A DNA stretch of 64,000 nucleotides. Origin: Zygnema circumcarinatum SAG 698-1b. Lineage: Eukaryota > Plantae > Zygnematophyceae. The position numbers and the translations under genes are program-made. Numbering within the stretch: position 1 is the first letter of the stretch; each line of letters opens with the position of its first letter. The notes beneath the pieces were generated by a model. It did not search any database, had not been told where the DNA came from, and saw only the letters and a list, made by a program, of their open reading frames with translations. Below are positions 13,001 through 24,665 of this stretch, in pieces. Location: contig CM074819.1 in assembly GCA_037447605.1 (NCBI GenBank), forward strand, positions 1,448,297-1,512,296. Direction: 5' to 3'.

Positions 13001-16000
13001 CTGCAGATTCGGTCGTGTCCGATCAGCAGTATCGCGGTTTTCTGAGGGAATTGGCGCAAGCAAACCGCCAGGAACCTGTGATTGCAAAAATTGTAACCAT
13101 AAAGAAAATTAAATTCAAAAATTCGAGTGCCAAAACATTCCCCTCTTCCCCCCCCCCCCCCACACACAAATAAAAAAGGATATTCCGTTACATTGACCGA
13201 AAGGTGAGATGATAGGAGGGACGGGAGAAAGGAGAGGTTGTGCAGAGAAGAGAGAGGTTTTCGCAGCCCCTTTGTAACTTGAAGCTCTGTGGTCAAACTA
13301 TCTCACCTCAGGTGTCATTTGAATAAACATTCCGACGTCAGGTGAAAGGGGCAGGTCTTCAATGCTGCTGTCAAAGTGGACATCTGCGAGCTGCTTAGAT
13401 AGAACGTCATCCACTTCCCTGCACAAAATGTGCCGATTCAATATTAAACACAAAATCAATAGTCAATGTACAGCAGAACAACTGACTAGGACAAGATTAC
13501 ATTTTAATGTTCTGAAAATGAAGGAAACCATTGACAATCGCAATCCTAGATTTCGATGCGGATGTGCCTAGCAGCATTATGTTTCATTCGCAGTAAGGAT
13601 ATACAGAACAAAACACTTGATGGCTTACACTACCAAAAGTGCAAAATGAAAAAAAAGTGAAAGGACAACGGGAGAAACTGCTTACTTGTAGAATCCTCCT
13701 CGCACATTGCAAGCTACGGTCCGCACATTGCATAGAACGGGAAATTGCATGGTAGTCTGTAAGCAGCACGGTACAAGATATGCTATTCAGCATCGAAGCA
13801 CTCACTTCTTTATCATAACCAGAAAACAACATAAGCCGGCAATGTCAACTTTTCTTTTCAAATGCTCATGACCACTCTACTTCACTTAAGCAGACCTTTA
13901 GTTCGACTCTGAGCTTCATGAAACGCAAAATTTCGGACGATTTTGCAAACTTTTACTACCGATTTCCATTTAATACGTACTTCTCGATAAGGATTGTAGT
14001 AAGGAGCGAAGGCCGGTAAGGCATGGACTCGATTCTGGTCACTGTCTTCCCAGACTTTCAATCTATCATCTACTACCATAGCCATCTTCGGATGGCACTG
14101 ATTTTTATGGAAAACACCTTCCAGAGACTTCTTTGCGTCTGCAAATAAACCAGAAAAGGAGTTCGAACATTAACATCGAACAACCTAAGGCGGACAAAAC
14201 GACAAAAGGTCGATAAAGCATACTCAGCAAATACACATAGAGCAAAGTTACCTAATTCATACAGAGAAGCCAACGGACTCAACAACAATAGAGCATGGTT
14301 TTCTTTGGCTTTTTTTCTTTCTGTTGTGAATCATCACCGAGCAGTAACATTACAATCAAGTTGAGAAAGGCTTATGTTGCTCTAGCCTTGAGATAGCAGC
14401 TCCACACCCGTCAAACATAGAAGCCGCAGTTCATCATACCCCCATCGTTTTTCATATACATATACATATAGATCGATATTCGATCGAGATACAGCTACAG
14501 TATTAACCGTACCTGATTTGACACAAACTATGCGCTCTTGAAGCTCTTTGGCAGGGATTAGTTTGTTTCCCGGATCTAAAAGCCGCCACATCTCCAACGC
14601 ATACTGCTTCTCTGACATTGTGCAGACGAAAGCCTCAAATCGCTTTCGTCCCTTGGCAAGGACATACTTCCTCAATTCATCCCAAGCGGGTCTTAGTCTA
14701 ACCAAGACACTCGTATCTCTTACCTGCACGTGGCAGGCATCACAGGCACAACAACAAATTGTTCAGTTCCATCACGAGCAGGCATGCTGAGTCTATATTA
14801 AAAAGTAGAGGTATTGGAAGTCATAGAAGTGAGGCGAGAAGGCAAGTGGAGAAAGAGAATATACGTTGTAAACCACAGTTAAGGGAAAAGGACATGCAAC
14901 CTAGCAACTATGGGTACAACGGCAAAGAACCTCTCCTAAGGGAAAGGAAGCAAGGATACCAACAAATACTAAGAAGCTGAATCGTTTTGCGCATCCACAT
15001 CCTTTAGGCGATTGCAAAATACTTTTACAATGAGCAACAACAGTTTAATGTAGTCACTAATACATTAACAAAGACTAGAGAACTGGGTCTTTCATAGACT
15101 TGGGTCTTAGCACTTACAGCTGGGTCAATTCTTGTCAAAACCATGTTGCGAACAGGAAGTCTGATGACTGGTCGTATAATAGGCATTACACCCTCAGCAC
15201 TAGGATGCACAACTTCCATCAGAGCAACTTCTCTGACATTGTTTTCCACAACCTCATCACTTTCGTAAAATTGCCGCAGTAGAGCTCTGTCTTCCTGATA
15301 CCGACTATGCTCTGCTGCCATCATTTCCCGTTTGGCTGCGTCTACCTCCAACTTTATCCGTCGATCTAGAGCGTCCAATTTGTCATCAAATGATCGCAGC
15401 GTATTTGCAACAATCAATGTTTCGTCAAGATCAAAAACAATTGCGAGACAGCGTGGATTAAGAAGGGACAAGCAGGCAGGATACAATCCAGCCCTTGCAA
15501 TATATCCCCAGAAGCAAGGTCGGTTTTCTTCTCCCCTTGACAACATAGCCACCAAATGGAGCTCTCTTCCTCCCTCCAGATTCACGATAGCTGTCTGCAA
15601 GAAGTCCAAGGATAGATCACAAGGGTAAATGCTACATCAGTCCTTGAGCTGCTTACTGATGTAGACGCTGGCATTCAAAGCTTATCAGCTTCAGAACGAG
15701 GATTTACACGACACTTATACAAGAACCTCATCCACCTGGCATACAAGGGCCTCATACTGCTTTCTAGCACCATCGAAAGCATGTGGAAAGTCAGCTAAGG
15801 AAAAATGGTATTCCCAGATATCAGTCATCCAGTCTCAATCGCCGCAACCTTGTAGAGCCAGATTGGTTAGGCCTTGCAACCAATCTTAACCAAAGGACCA
15901 TTAACGAGGACTTCTTCGCAATTCAAATCAATGCTGACCCTGAACTCCTGCGAATCCAGATAAAGCACTTGCAAGGGGTAGCTTCAACAGTAAAAGAGGC

Positions 16001-17120
16001 TTTGATATGAACAAGTGTGGGATTCACACACGCCTTTGCTCATTGTGCTCTTGTTGAGCGTCGAGGTTTGTAGCAGAGCAGCAGCCTGACATTTTCTTTA
16101 TGCTTATTTCGACAAGGTAGATGCGAAAGGACTAAGAATTGACTATGGTTTCCTTGTGCTGCGGAGAAAACTAGTTCTCTTCCACAGCACTGCACTGTGT
16201 AGTTGGTGGCATGACATTTCATCAATCGAAATGCATTCGTGTAAAATATGTATCTTTGCATAGATATATTTGCCAAGGATGCAGATGAGGCTGAATAGGT
16301 TCGATCCTTAGGAGGTAAAAATGTAATTCCGCCTGTTTATTCCATATTCTTCATCAAAAAGTACGCTACGCTCTTCCTCGCCAATGGAGTGAGACGGATA
16401 GCTGGCAGATTGCCTTCTCCTCCAAGAGCCATGCATTCTATGGCCTTTCGAACAATATGCAGTTCTGGAAAGAACAGCAAGTACTCCATGGGCAGAAGAA
16501 GAGGATTGGTTGAAGCGCTAGCGATAGTTTGAGTTTGGTAGGCGGCCGCAACTTCTCTCTCTTATTCTCACCGTCTCTCCCTGAGCTTCTCCCTCCCCCT
16601 CTCGCCGGAAGGCCTTTGAGAGAGAAGGTAGGAGGGAGAGGGGAAGAGAAGATGGGAGAAAGAGGCAGGCGAGAAGTGCAGGAGAGGGAGAGGAAGGGAG
16701 GGAGGGAAGCGAGGGGAGGGGAGAGTGCCGGCTAAAATTGGCAGTTCTGTGGACCTTCATGTTGAGAAATTTGATCGATTTGATAGTCTTTTTCAAAAAA
16801 TCTTGTCTCCTCGGTAAGTGACTGAGGCCTTGCAGCATATATACCTTGGCATCCGCTACGCAGGCGCTGTGCATGACCCTGAGTTCCTGCGTGTCTGCAT
16901 CACTCTCAGACAGCGGAAGCATCTTGAAGCAAACTCCCTGCTCGGCGATTATGTGCAGAACCACATGAGGAGAAAGTCTGTCGCTTGGGACTGAGAACTG
17001 AGCTACATGTATTCCATGAGAGAGGGTATCTCTAAGCTGGCCGTCCTCTCTCACTGCAGTAAGGACGACCTTCCCAACCAGTCTCTCACTGTCAAAAAGA
17101 GATGTTTGAAGAGACGACAT
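7069..17120 (-). CDS. CPL1: RNA polymerase II CTD phosphatase-like 1/2 (FCP1-like HAD phosphatase plus two dsRNA-binding motifs)
   Basis: Exons rebuilt: MSSLQTSLF...CFKMLP...CVADAK (17120-16845); [17 protein letters not shown]...[17 protein letters not shown] (DxDxT catalytic motif, 15594-15118); [18 protein letters not shown]...[11 protein letters not shown] (14723-14513); [18 protein letters not shown]; [20 protein letters not shown]; a long Pro/Gln/Ser exon (about 13074-11267). dsRBM1 is [12 protein letters not shown]...[32 protein letters not shown]. dsRBM2 is [15 protein letters not shown]...FSCHVEIDGK...[16 protein letters not shown]. Confidence 0.93.
9136..9366. repeat. (ACTCCC)n hexamer microsatellite in a CPL1 intron
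   Basis: Near-perfect ACTCCC array with a short interruption. It generates the spurious (TP)n, (GV)n, (HS)n and (EW)n ORFs. Confidence 0.95.
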
Positions 17121-17669
17121 AGCTGCGCTTTTGCTTGAAATGCTATCTGAAGATGACACTTGTAGCAGAGAACCCTAATTCTGATCCGCTCAGCAAAATG
17201 CGAGAGATTTCTTAACATCGACATGAAAAGAGCGTCATCTGGCTCTTTTCAGCTCGTCCGTTTTAGGCTTTGGTTGTACAGCCAGCTTCAGTCAAATTCA
17301 GAGTCCTTCCATCCTCTTTCCTACTACTTGCAGCATCCTTGAACCCTGCGAGAAGCAGCAATTCCACGGACACGGATTTCTTATCCGATAGTTCAAGCAA
17401 TCCTTCTTGCAAACCCTAATGTCTTCACTTGCAGGTCACTAATACTCTCTCTCTCGCACTCCCTCCCCCGCAGTGTTCCGCTCTGAATATATCCCTGCAC
17501 TGTCAAGCGCGTTCTCCCACTTTCAAATTAGGGCTGCGCCTTATAGCGTGCGCAATCCAGCCACGCATCTGATTGGCTTGCGACTTGTCTGCGACAGAAT
17601 CGCACAGAAGTCGCAAGGCCGCTTAGGCGTCGCAGAGTCGCACATTTTCGTTTTCAGCGTTTCATGAAT

Positions 17670-17950
17670 GACCCATGCGCCTATGGTTCCCATGCACCCA
17701 TGTTTCCCATGCACCCAAGGCTTCCATGCACCCATGTTTCCCATGCACTCATGGCTCCCATGCACCCATGTTTCTCATGCACCCATGCACCCATGGCTCC
17801 CATGCATCCGTGCACCCATGCACACATGCACCCATGGCTCCCACGCACCCATGTTTCCCATGCCCTCATGCACCCATGCGCCCATGGCTCCCATGCACCC
17901 ATGGTTCTCATGGACCCATGCATCCATGGTTCCCCATGTTCTCATGCATC
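17670..17950. repeat. 17-bp minisatellite CATGCACCCATG(TTT/GCT)CC between the divergent CPL1 and RPS5 genes
   Basis: CATGCA recurs at 17691, 17708, 17725, 17742, 17759 and 17776 (exact 17-bp period), then degenerates. Two unit variants alternate. Confidence 0.9.
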
Positions 17951-18246
17951 TATGGGCATTCATGATCGATCTCACCATGGCGACGCCATCAAATGTGCAA
18001 GGGCGTCCTTCGAGTCCTTTGCGCCCAGTTCCTCGTGGTTCCCCATCCTGACTTTCTCCCTGTACATTTGATGGCATGCATCATGGCCATCCCTAAGTTC
18101 TTAAATTTTTTAGCGGCGATTTACTTCCATAGGCGCGGAAAGGCGCCCGCCTGAAAGGCAACGGCAGCCGTTGGATCGCAGCGCACCTGCTCAATCGACG
18201 GCTCGGCGCTTCACATGTGCGGGAGGCTCTGGATATAGCGGGAGCC

Positions 18247-18255
18247 AAACCCTAA
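18247..18255 (+). promoter_or_regulatory. Telo-box (AAACCCTAA) in the RPS5 5' region
   Basis: Exact AAACCCTAA about 70 nt upstream of the RPS5 ATG, followed by a pyrimidine tract. Telo-boxes are typical of plant ribosomal-protein genes. Confidence 0.7.
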
Positions 18256-18320
18256 CGCCGCCCTCTTCCCCTTCGCCTTGCGCAGCGCTCTCGGGACCCC
18301 CCTCGCCTGCGGAGGCCGCC

Positions 18321-20443
18321 ATGGCTGCCGTCCCCGTCGCCCCGGAAGTGAAGCTCTTCGGTCGCTGGTCATTCTCGGCCAGTGAATTGCATGTAGGGAG
18401 TAATTTCCTCGCTTCTGAAAAGATTTTGAATGGGAGGGTCGGAGGGTTCACGTCGCCCGTTTAGCTGTTAGGGTTAGGGTTGGAGTTGAGTTTTTGCAGA
18501 TTTTTTGTTTTGGGGGGTCTTGGATTAACGGTGCTTTCGGTGTCTGAGTTGTTTGTAGACGCCCCCCCCTGCATTTAGGGTTGTTGGGGTTCTGAGTGTT
18601 GCTTTACTTTCGTCGCTTGGTATCGGCCTGTCTTTCTGTGAATAGCCGCTTGATGCTGACATCAGTCTCTGTTCGTTTGGTCAGATTCAAGATGCATCAC
18701 TGCTTGACTACATCGCTGTGAGTGAGGACAAGCACGCCACGTTTGTCCCCCACACGGCCGGTCGATATGCAGTGAAGAGGTTCAGAAAGGCGCAGTGCCC
18801 AATTGTGGAGAGGTGAGCATTCATTCTCAGTTTTACTTTCATGGCGTTATGCCAGCAGAGCTAACAGGGCTTGGTATTCAGGCTGAATTAGGTCTTTTGG
18901 AACTATCTCATGAATGAGTCACAGACTTGGTTCGGCCAGTCAATAGAGGAAAGGATAGTCGCTGAGCTATACATATATTCGATGGCAGTCTCAAATGCGT
19001 ATAGTTTGAATGGAATCTTCGTGTGCAAATTAGTTTAAAATACCGTCATGTGAGACATTCCATCCTGTATACCACGACCCTTGATGACTTTTGAGTTATC
19101 CAAAGCTATCGTTGAGTGAGCTGTCGTTGCATAGTTAGCATGGGTGTGGATCCTAGGGAGGCATAAGCATTTTGCAAGAGTTAGGACGGGAGTCCCTCGA
19201 GGTAAAAGCTGTCGACCTTTTGGCCAAAGAGGTTTTAATGAGATAGTGAGTAGTGTAAACTTAGTTAAGAGGAAAATATCCTCTGAAAGGGAGGGAGGGA
19301 GGGAGGGAGGGCTTTCGTCCTGATTGTACCTCCCCCGTTTGTGCCTACCCAGCATGTAAGATGGTCTGTACAGTTTCTGTTGTCTGATATCCGATTCGCT
19401 GCCTATAGGCTTACGAACTCTCTCATGATGCACGGGCGCAACAATGGAAAGAAGATCATGGCGGTGCGCATTGTGAAACACGCCATGGAAATCATCCACC
19501 TGCTTACCGACCAGAACCCCATCCAGGTCATCGTGGACGCCATTGTGCAGAGGTAAAACTTTTCCTTGTTCGATGCTTTGACACCTTTGCTGTTTGAGTG
19601 AGCTTGTTTTCAAAATTTTGAACAGGAAGTATATATTCATCAAATACTACATCAATTCAATTCACTATGTTCGACAACCCTATTAATCATATCGAACCAC
19701 TTTTATAAAAAGAGAGGTTAGTGTGCAAAGGGCATGTTCTCAAGGTGAATGAAAATTCTGTAGTATTTTGACGGGGTTAAAGAAGAACACTAAGAGTAAT
19801 CTGCATACTGTCAAACTGAAGACATAAGAGCCTGAACTGTGAGAACTTGCTGCAGATGCTGCGGATACTGACCTTAAGAGTCTCCTGAGTATAGCTGTAT
19901 GGAGTCTGGCACGAAGTTATATATTTCCTTGGATCTCATGCCCTTCCATCTCTCCTGCGTATTGGCAGTGGACCTCGTGAAGACGCCACCCGTATTGGTT
20001 CAGCTGGTGTCATCCGCAGACAGGCTGTGGATATCTCCCCCTTGCGGCGTGTGAACCAGGCCTTGATGCTTTTGACCACTGGAGCCCGAGAAAGCTCCTT
20101 TAGGAACATCAAGACTATTGCGGAGTGTCTCGCTGATGAGCTTATCAACGCAGCCAAGGGATCGTCAAACAGGTGAGGAAGGGAAATGGAGAGAGAGGTC
20201 TGATATATGGCGCTTTCGTCCAATGTGAGGCTGCAGAGAGTGTCCCTGCTGCTTGTTAGTATGGCAGAGTTTGAAACTCTATATAGGGCGTCAAGATGAA
20301 AGTTCTGGTCAACTGTATGAGTTGTTTGACTGTTCTGAAACAATCTGTATTCATTTCGTTTTTGTGACTTTGTGCCTTTGTGCTGCAGTTATGCCATCAA
20401 GAAGAAGGACGAAATCGAGCGTGTGGCTAAGGCCAATCGTTAA
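18321..20443 (+). CDS. RPS5: 40S ribosomal protein S5 (uS7), 5 exons
   Basis: [18 protein letters not shown] / [12 protein letters not shown]...[21 protein letters not shown] / [37 protein letters not shown] / [31 protein letters not shown]...[14 protein letters not shown] / [17 protein letters not shown]. All introns are GT-AG. Confidence 0.98.
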
Positions 20444-20745
20444 ATACGTGGGCCTGAATGGAGGGACAACTGGCTCTGCTTCTTTGTGTATTCACCTCGT
20501 GCTTCTGATAAAGAGATAGAGGGAATTTTCTCGCCCGGCTGCTTGTGATATGCGATGAGCATGATGATGCACCTGTGCTTGAAGTGAGCCTGAGGCCTTC
20601 ACAATGTACTGCACCGCCGAGGCTTAGGGACAAAAAGGAAATAACTACTGAGAAAGATCGCAAAAACTAACCATTCAAAATTGAAATCTCACGCCCAAAT
20701 GGCATCGATCGAGCATCCATTTTGGCTCTGAGAAAATTGTCTTTT

Positions 20746-20897
20746 GGGGACACTGTTCACGGTGGAACTTGCTCCGAACCTGTTCAGCACTTGAAATCCC
20801 AAAAGTTCAAGGCAACCCAAAGTTCTTTATTCTCAAGTCTCTGCTCTAATTTTAACTCAGCAAAATTAAGCAATTAAAAGTAGCCACAGGTGTCCCC
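20746..20897. mobile_element. Possible small MITE (PIF/Harbinger-like ends)
   Basis: GGGGACAC-TGT at 20746 and ACAGGTGTCCCC ending at 20897 are inverted. The flanks TTT and TTA give only an imperfect 3-bp TSD. Confidence 0.3.
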
Positions 20898-22413
20898 TTA
20901 ACTGCCGTTTACATGTGCAACTGTGAGCCAAAAATGCCAAATCTCTGAAGAATAGAAGTCATGAACATGGACAACCATGGCAGCCTCGAGAGGGGGTGCA
21001 ATCCGTGACGTCATGGGGAGCGGTCCATGGCTTCTGATTGGTTTGCTGACGTCAGTTGTGGTTGTACGGCTGCTCCCCGACATGAATCGAGCTGTAACAC
21101 AAAAACATAACAGAACATGAATCATAAAAATCAGAAACCCTAAGGTCCAAAACCTTAAAAAGCAGAAACCCCCTAAAAACCCGAAACAAAGAGCTGTGAA
21201 ACCTTCAAAAATCAGGAACCTTGAAACCTTACACCCGACTATCCGAAATCCTAAAATGCATAAACCATCGAAAAACCCTAAATGTATTTTGTCCAGTTTT
21301 TTATTTTTTGGTTTCAGTTCGACATTCAAGGTGCCTCGAAATTCCTTGGATTGGGGCGGCAGGCTACAGGTAGCAGGGAGCGGGCAGAGGTCAAAAAGCA
21401 TTCAGCAAACTGGACACGTTTTTTTGTATTTTTTTTTTTTAAATGAGAAACGAAATGTAAACAGTAGAAAGGAAAAGGCAAATGGCATGTGAGAAAAAGC
21501 ACTCGGCAGAAGATAAAGCATATATGAGGAAAGGTAACCTTTAAAATGGAAAGAAAGCATTGAACAAAATGCAGCAGGAAAGGTCCAGAAGCAGAACAAA
21601 CATAACGTAAACTGACAGCAACAACCCTAAAAACCTTACATTCAAGCATCTTTGTTTGTTTGTGAAATTGTATGAATGTGCACATTAAGAAGCCAAGCTA
21701 TAGCTTGCAAAGCCTCTTTCTAAAACATGAAACATGTTTCCTGATGGAAATGTTGGTGCTTTCTAGTTGCTTTCTACTTTTCATTTTCGTTTGTAGATCG
21801 CAACTTTTTTCATGCATCCACTGCCATCGATCACACCTTCATTCCACATTTTTTACGTTTTTTTTCAGTCTGTATGCTTGTGTATTATTCTCCTGGCGGA
21901 AACCTTTGTGCGACTTTGTGTTGTCTCTCACACACGCTGTCTGCGCCTCGAGAGGGTTTTCAGGGTTTTTAGGGTTTTAGGGGAAACAGGGTTTTTAGGG
22001 TACGAGGCACATCGGAGCCCCTTAACGCCACGGAGGAGCGTCGGCGAGCCAATCAGGAGCCGTCCGGCAGCTGACGTGGCTAGTCCCGGGTTGCAAGGCG
22101 GGCATGGACCATATATCGCGATATCGCCAGCACATCGGCTGTGGTGCAGAAAGTTGCCGTTGTCGCCGCTGGCCGTCACTTCTGGCCTGCCGTCCATCGG
22201 CCGCCGCCGGCGCCGGCGGTCAGCAACTTCTGTGTTTATCATGGCCGATGCGTCGGCGATGTCGCGATATACCGGTACCTTGTGGAAACGACAAAGCGAC
22301 CAGGACGACCTCTACTGCCCGGAAACTTTGATCAGTGGTCGGTGGCTACGGCGGTCCACCGACATCGACTGAGCAGTAACATAAACATGAACATGAACAT
22401 AAGCATGCCAGTG

Positions 22414-24665
22414 ATGCATGCATGCATGGCTCGCGCCGCTCGACTCTGTACGAAACCGCCCGAACGTCGACCGCCGTCCGCGGCGACCTCCCTCGGTCGG
22501 CGTCGGTTAGTTCTCGCACTTGCGGAAGCGCCAAATCTGACCAACCGGTCGCCAGCTCGCGTGTTGTACAGCCGAGACCGTATGAGTCCAGGTGGCGGCA
22601 GCTCATTCGTGCTCATCCGCCAGCTCACGACAACGCCCGTAAGGCCCGTCACGGCAAAACAGCCACGCGCGGTGGCGCTGACGTGGAGCTGTCCACCAAT
22701 GGCGTGCCGGCACCGACATCGGCGGCGCTTACAAGAGGCGGCGCGGAGGGCAGGAGGAGGCAGCGAGCGAGCAAGCGGCCATGGCGGCAATGAGGGCGAT
22801 GAGCGCGAGGGCGGCGATGGGACTGGCTCTGACTCTGACCGTGGCCGTGGTCATGGCGGGCCTGCGCGGAATTGCGGCGACGGCGATGATCTCTGAAGGT
22901 GTCTGCGGCGCGGCCGCTCTGCAGCGCTGCGACTTCCGCCTTGGCAGCAGCGAGGAGGCCAGGTCAGCTGCCACCTCAGCCGTAGCGCCACTCAGAGTCC
23001 GCCACGTGGCATTTCAAATCAGGATTGCTTGAGAAGCAAGCGATAGTTTATAACAATGGACGGGTGTCCGTGCAGTTGGGGGGGAGGCTCTGACTCGGCG
23101 GCGGAGTGGAGCGTGGAGGACGCCGTGAGCGGCGGCGAAGCCTTTGTCGACAAGGACGCCGTAACTGCATTGCTCTGCAAGAAATCGGCGCTCACTGAAG
23201 TTTTCGGAGAGGTAAGGCGATGCTTCGAGCTCTGATCCCCACCGGCGGAAAATGCGATCGCAGTTTTGAGGGGGGGGAGCTCAAGCGGTGCCGACACTCA
23301 ATTGCGGGGATCAGAATGATAGGTTCATTTTCGCATTACGAGTTTGGAAGTTAAATGACAGTGAGAGTGCAGGCACTGTGCATAAATGAATTCGCCCAAA
23401 TGGCTACTCGAGCTTTTCCTTATTTCTGCTTTGTGCTATCTTCCTTGGAACAGTTGTTGACAGAATGGCTCTCCGAGAGCTGCTTGCTCGTCCCCCTTTC
23501 ATCGATCCAAGTTGCAACATCTGAAGGGACGAACAGCCTTCAATGGGGCGACACCAATCAGGAGGAGTACCCAGACGACCGTCGATGCATTGTTTTCGAT
23601 AAGGACACCTTTATAGAGGACGAATTTTGCAAACTTGAGTCACCACCACCTCCTCCCCTTGCATCCCCCCCTCCTCCTCCCCGTAGATCCCCATCCCCTC
23701 CTCCCCATAAATCCCCACCCCCTCCTCCCCATAGATCCCCATCCCCTCCTCCCCATAGATCCCNNNNNNNNNNCATCCCTCCTCCCCATAGCTCCCCATC
23801 CCCTCCTCCGCATAGATCCCCACCTCCTCCTCCGAAAAGATCCCCGTCACCTTCGCCTTGCCAAGACGTCTGTCCCTCCAATCCACAAGAGCTTTGCGAC
23901 TTTTTCTTCGCCGGCCATGAAAAGGACGTCCCCACATTCCATTTGGTTCACAATGTGAGCAGCGACGAGTCGAGGCCTCTCAGTCCCGGCCTCCGTACAG
24001 CGAAAGTCGGCGGAGAAGTCGCAGTGAAGGTGGAAGTCGACGAGTCGGGGAGAGGCGCGTTCAAGGGCTGCCCTCGTACGGACGAGTCTCCAGGGAACCA
24101 GTTTTATCTCAATGGGGAGGACGCCACTCTGAGGGCGCGCACTTATCAGAGCGATCGCGGCGTCGATTTCTTCCTCCATCGGTGCATTGTTCTCCGCGTT
24201 GAGGCGTTCTCCGTGGTGTACAACGGCAACGGGGCGTACAATGTGCCTCCTGATACAGAAGACATGTTTCCATCGTCACGCCGCTGTGTTGTCTTCAAAA
24301 CTGAGTACTAGAGCTGGCGGGGAGCCACTGTGGACTGCGCGATGAGAGTCTGAAGTGAAGCGACGGGATTGGCAGAATGATTTTCATAGACAGTTGGAAT
24401 TTTTTTTGCGGGGGGGGGTTGCGTGCAGTTTGGAAGCAAGTTTGGAAAGCGTGCTCTAGCAAGAGGGGTCGTAGATCACATTCTGAGATAGCAATGTTCG
24501 CCGCATGGAAACTCGCGATATGTAGTGTGCGATCACTGCAAGACGTTGTAATTCTTTCTCTATTGCACGAAATGCTCGTTACGAGTTACTTTCAGTTGAT
24601 GACGTGGCATTGATCATCGGATTCCTGGATGTGTATGCTTGCGTTCAAGTCTCGAGTCAGGGGAG
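22414..24665. repeat. Inverted segmental duplication, arm 1 (partner 42897-45437)
   Basis: The promoter (from the CATGCATGCATGG run), whole gene and about 350 nt of 3' flank (to ...CTCGAGTCAGGGGAG) align to the reverse complement of 42897-45437. Confidence 0.95.
22781..24311 (+). CDS. Secreted chimeric hydroxyproline-rich glycoprotein-like protein, copy 1: signal peptide, domain A, (SPSPPPHR)n rod, domain B
   Basis: Three phase-consistent exons: 22781 to about 22962 (hydrophobic MGLALTLTVAVVMAGLRGIAATA, AG|GTCAG donor), 23076-23212 (SWGGGSDSAAEW...VFGE|GTAAG) and about 23452-24311. The frame and splice sites are conserved in the inverted copy at 43254-45067. An N-gap lies inside the repeat. 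Confidence 0.85.

Noticed and set aside
17664-18071. ORFs with MHP/CTH repeats resembling metal-binding peptides, and the repeat array as a possible CRISPR
   Set aside because: They arise from the 17-bp minisatellite in several frames on both strands. There are no unique spacers and the context is eukaryotic.
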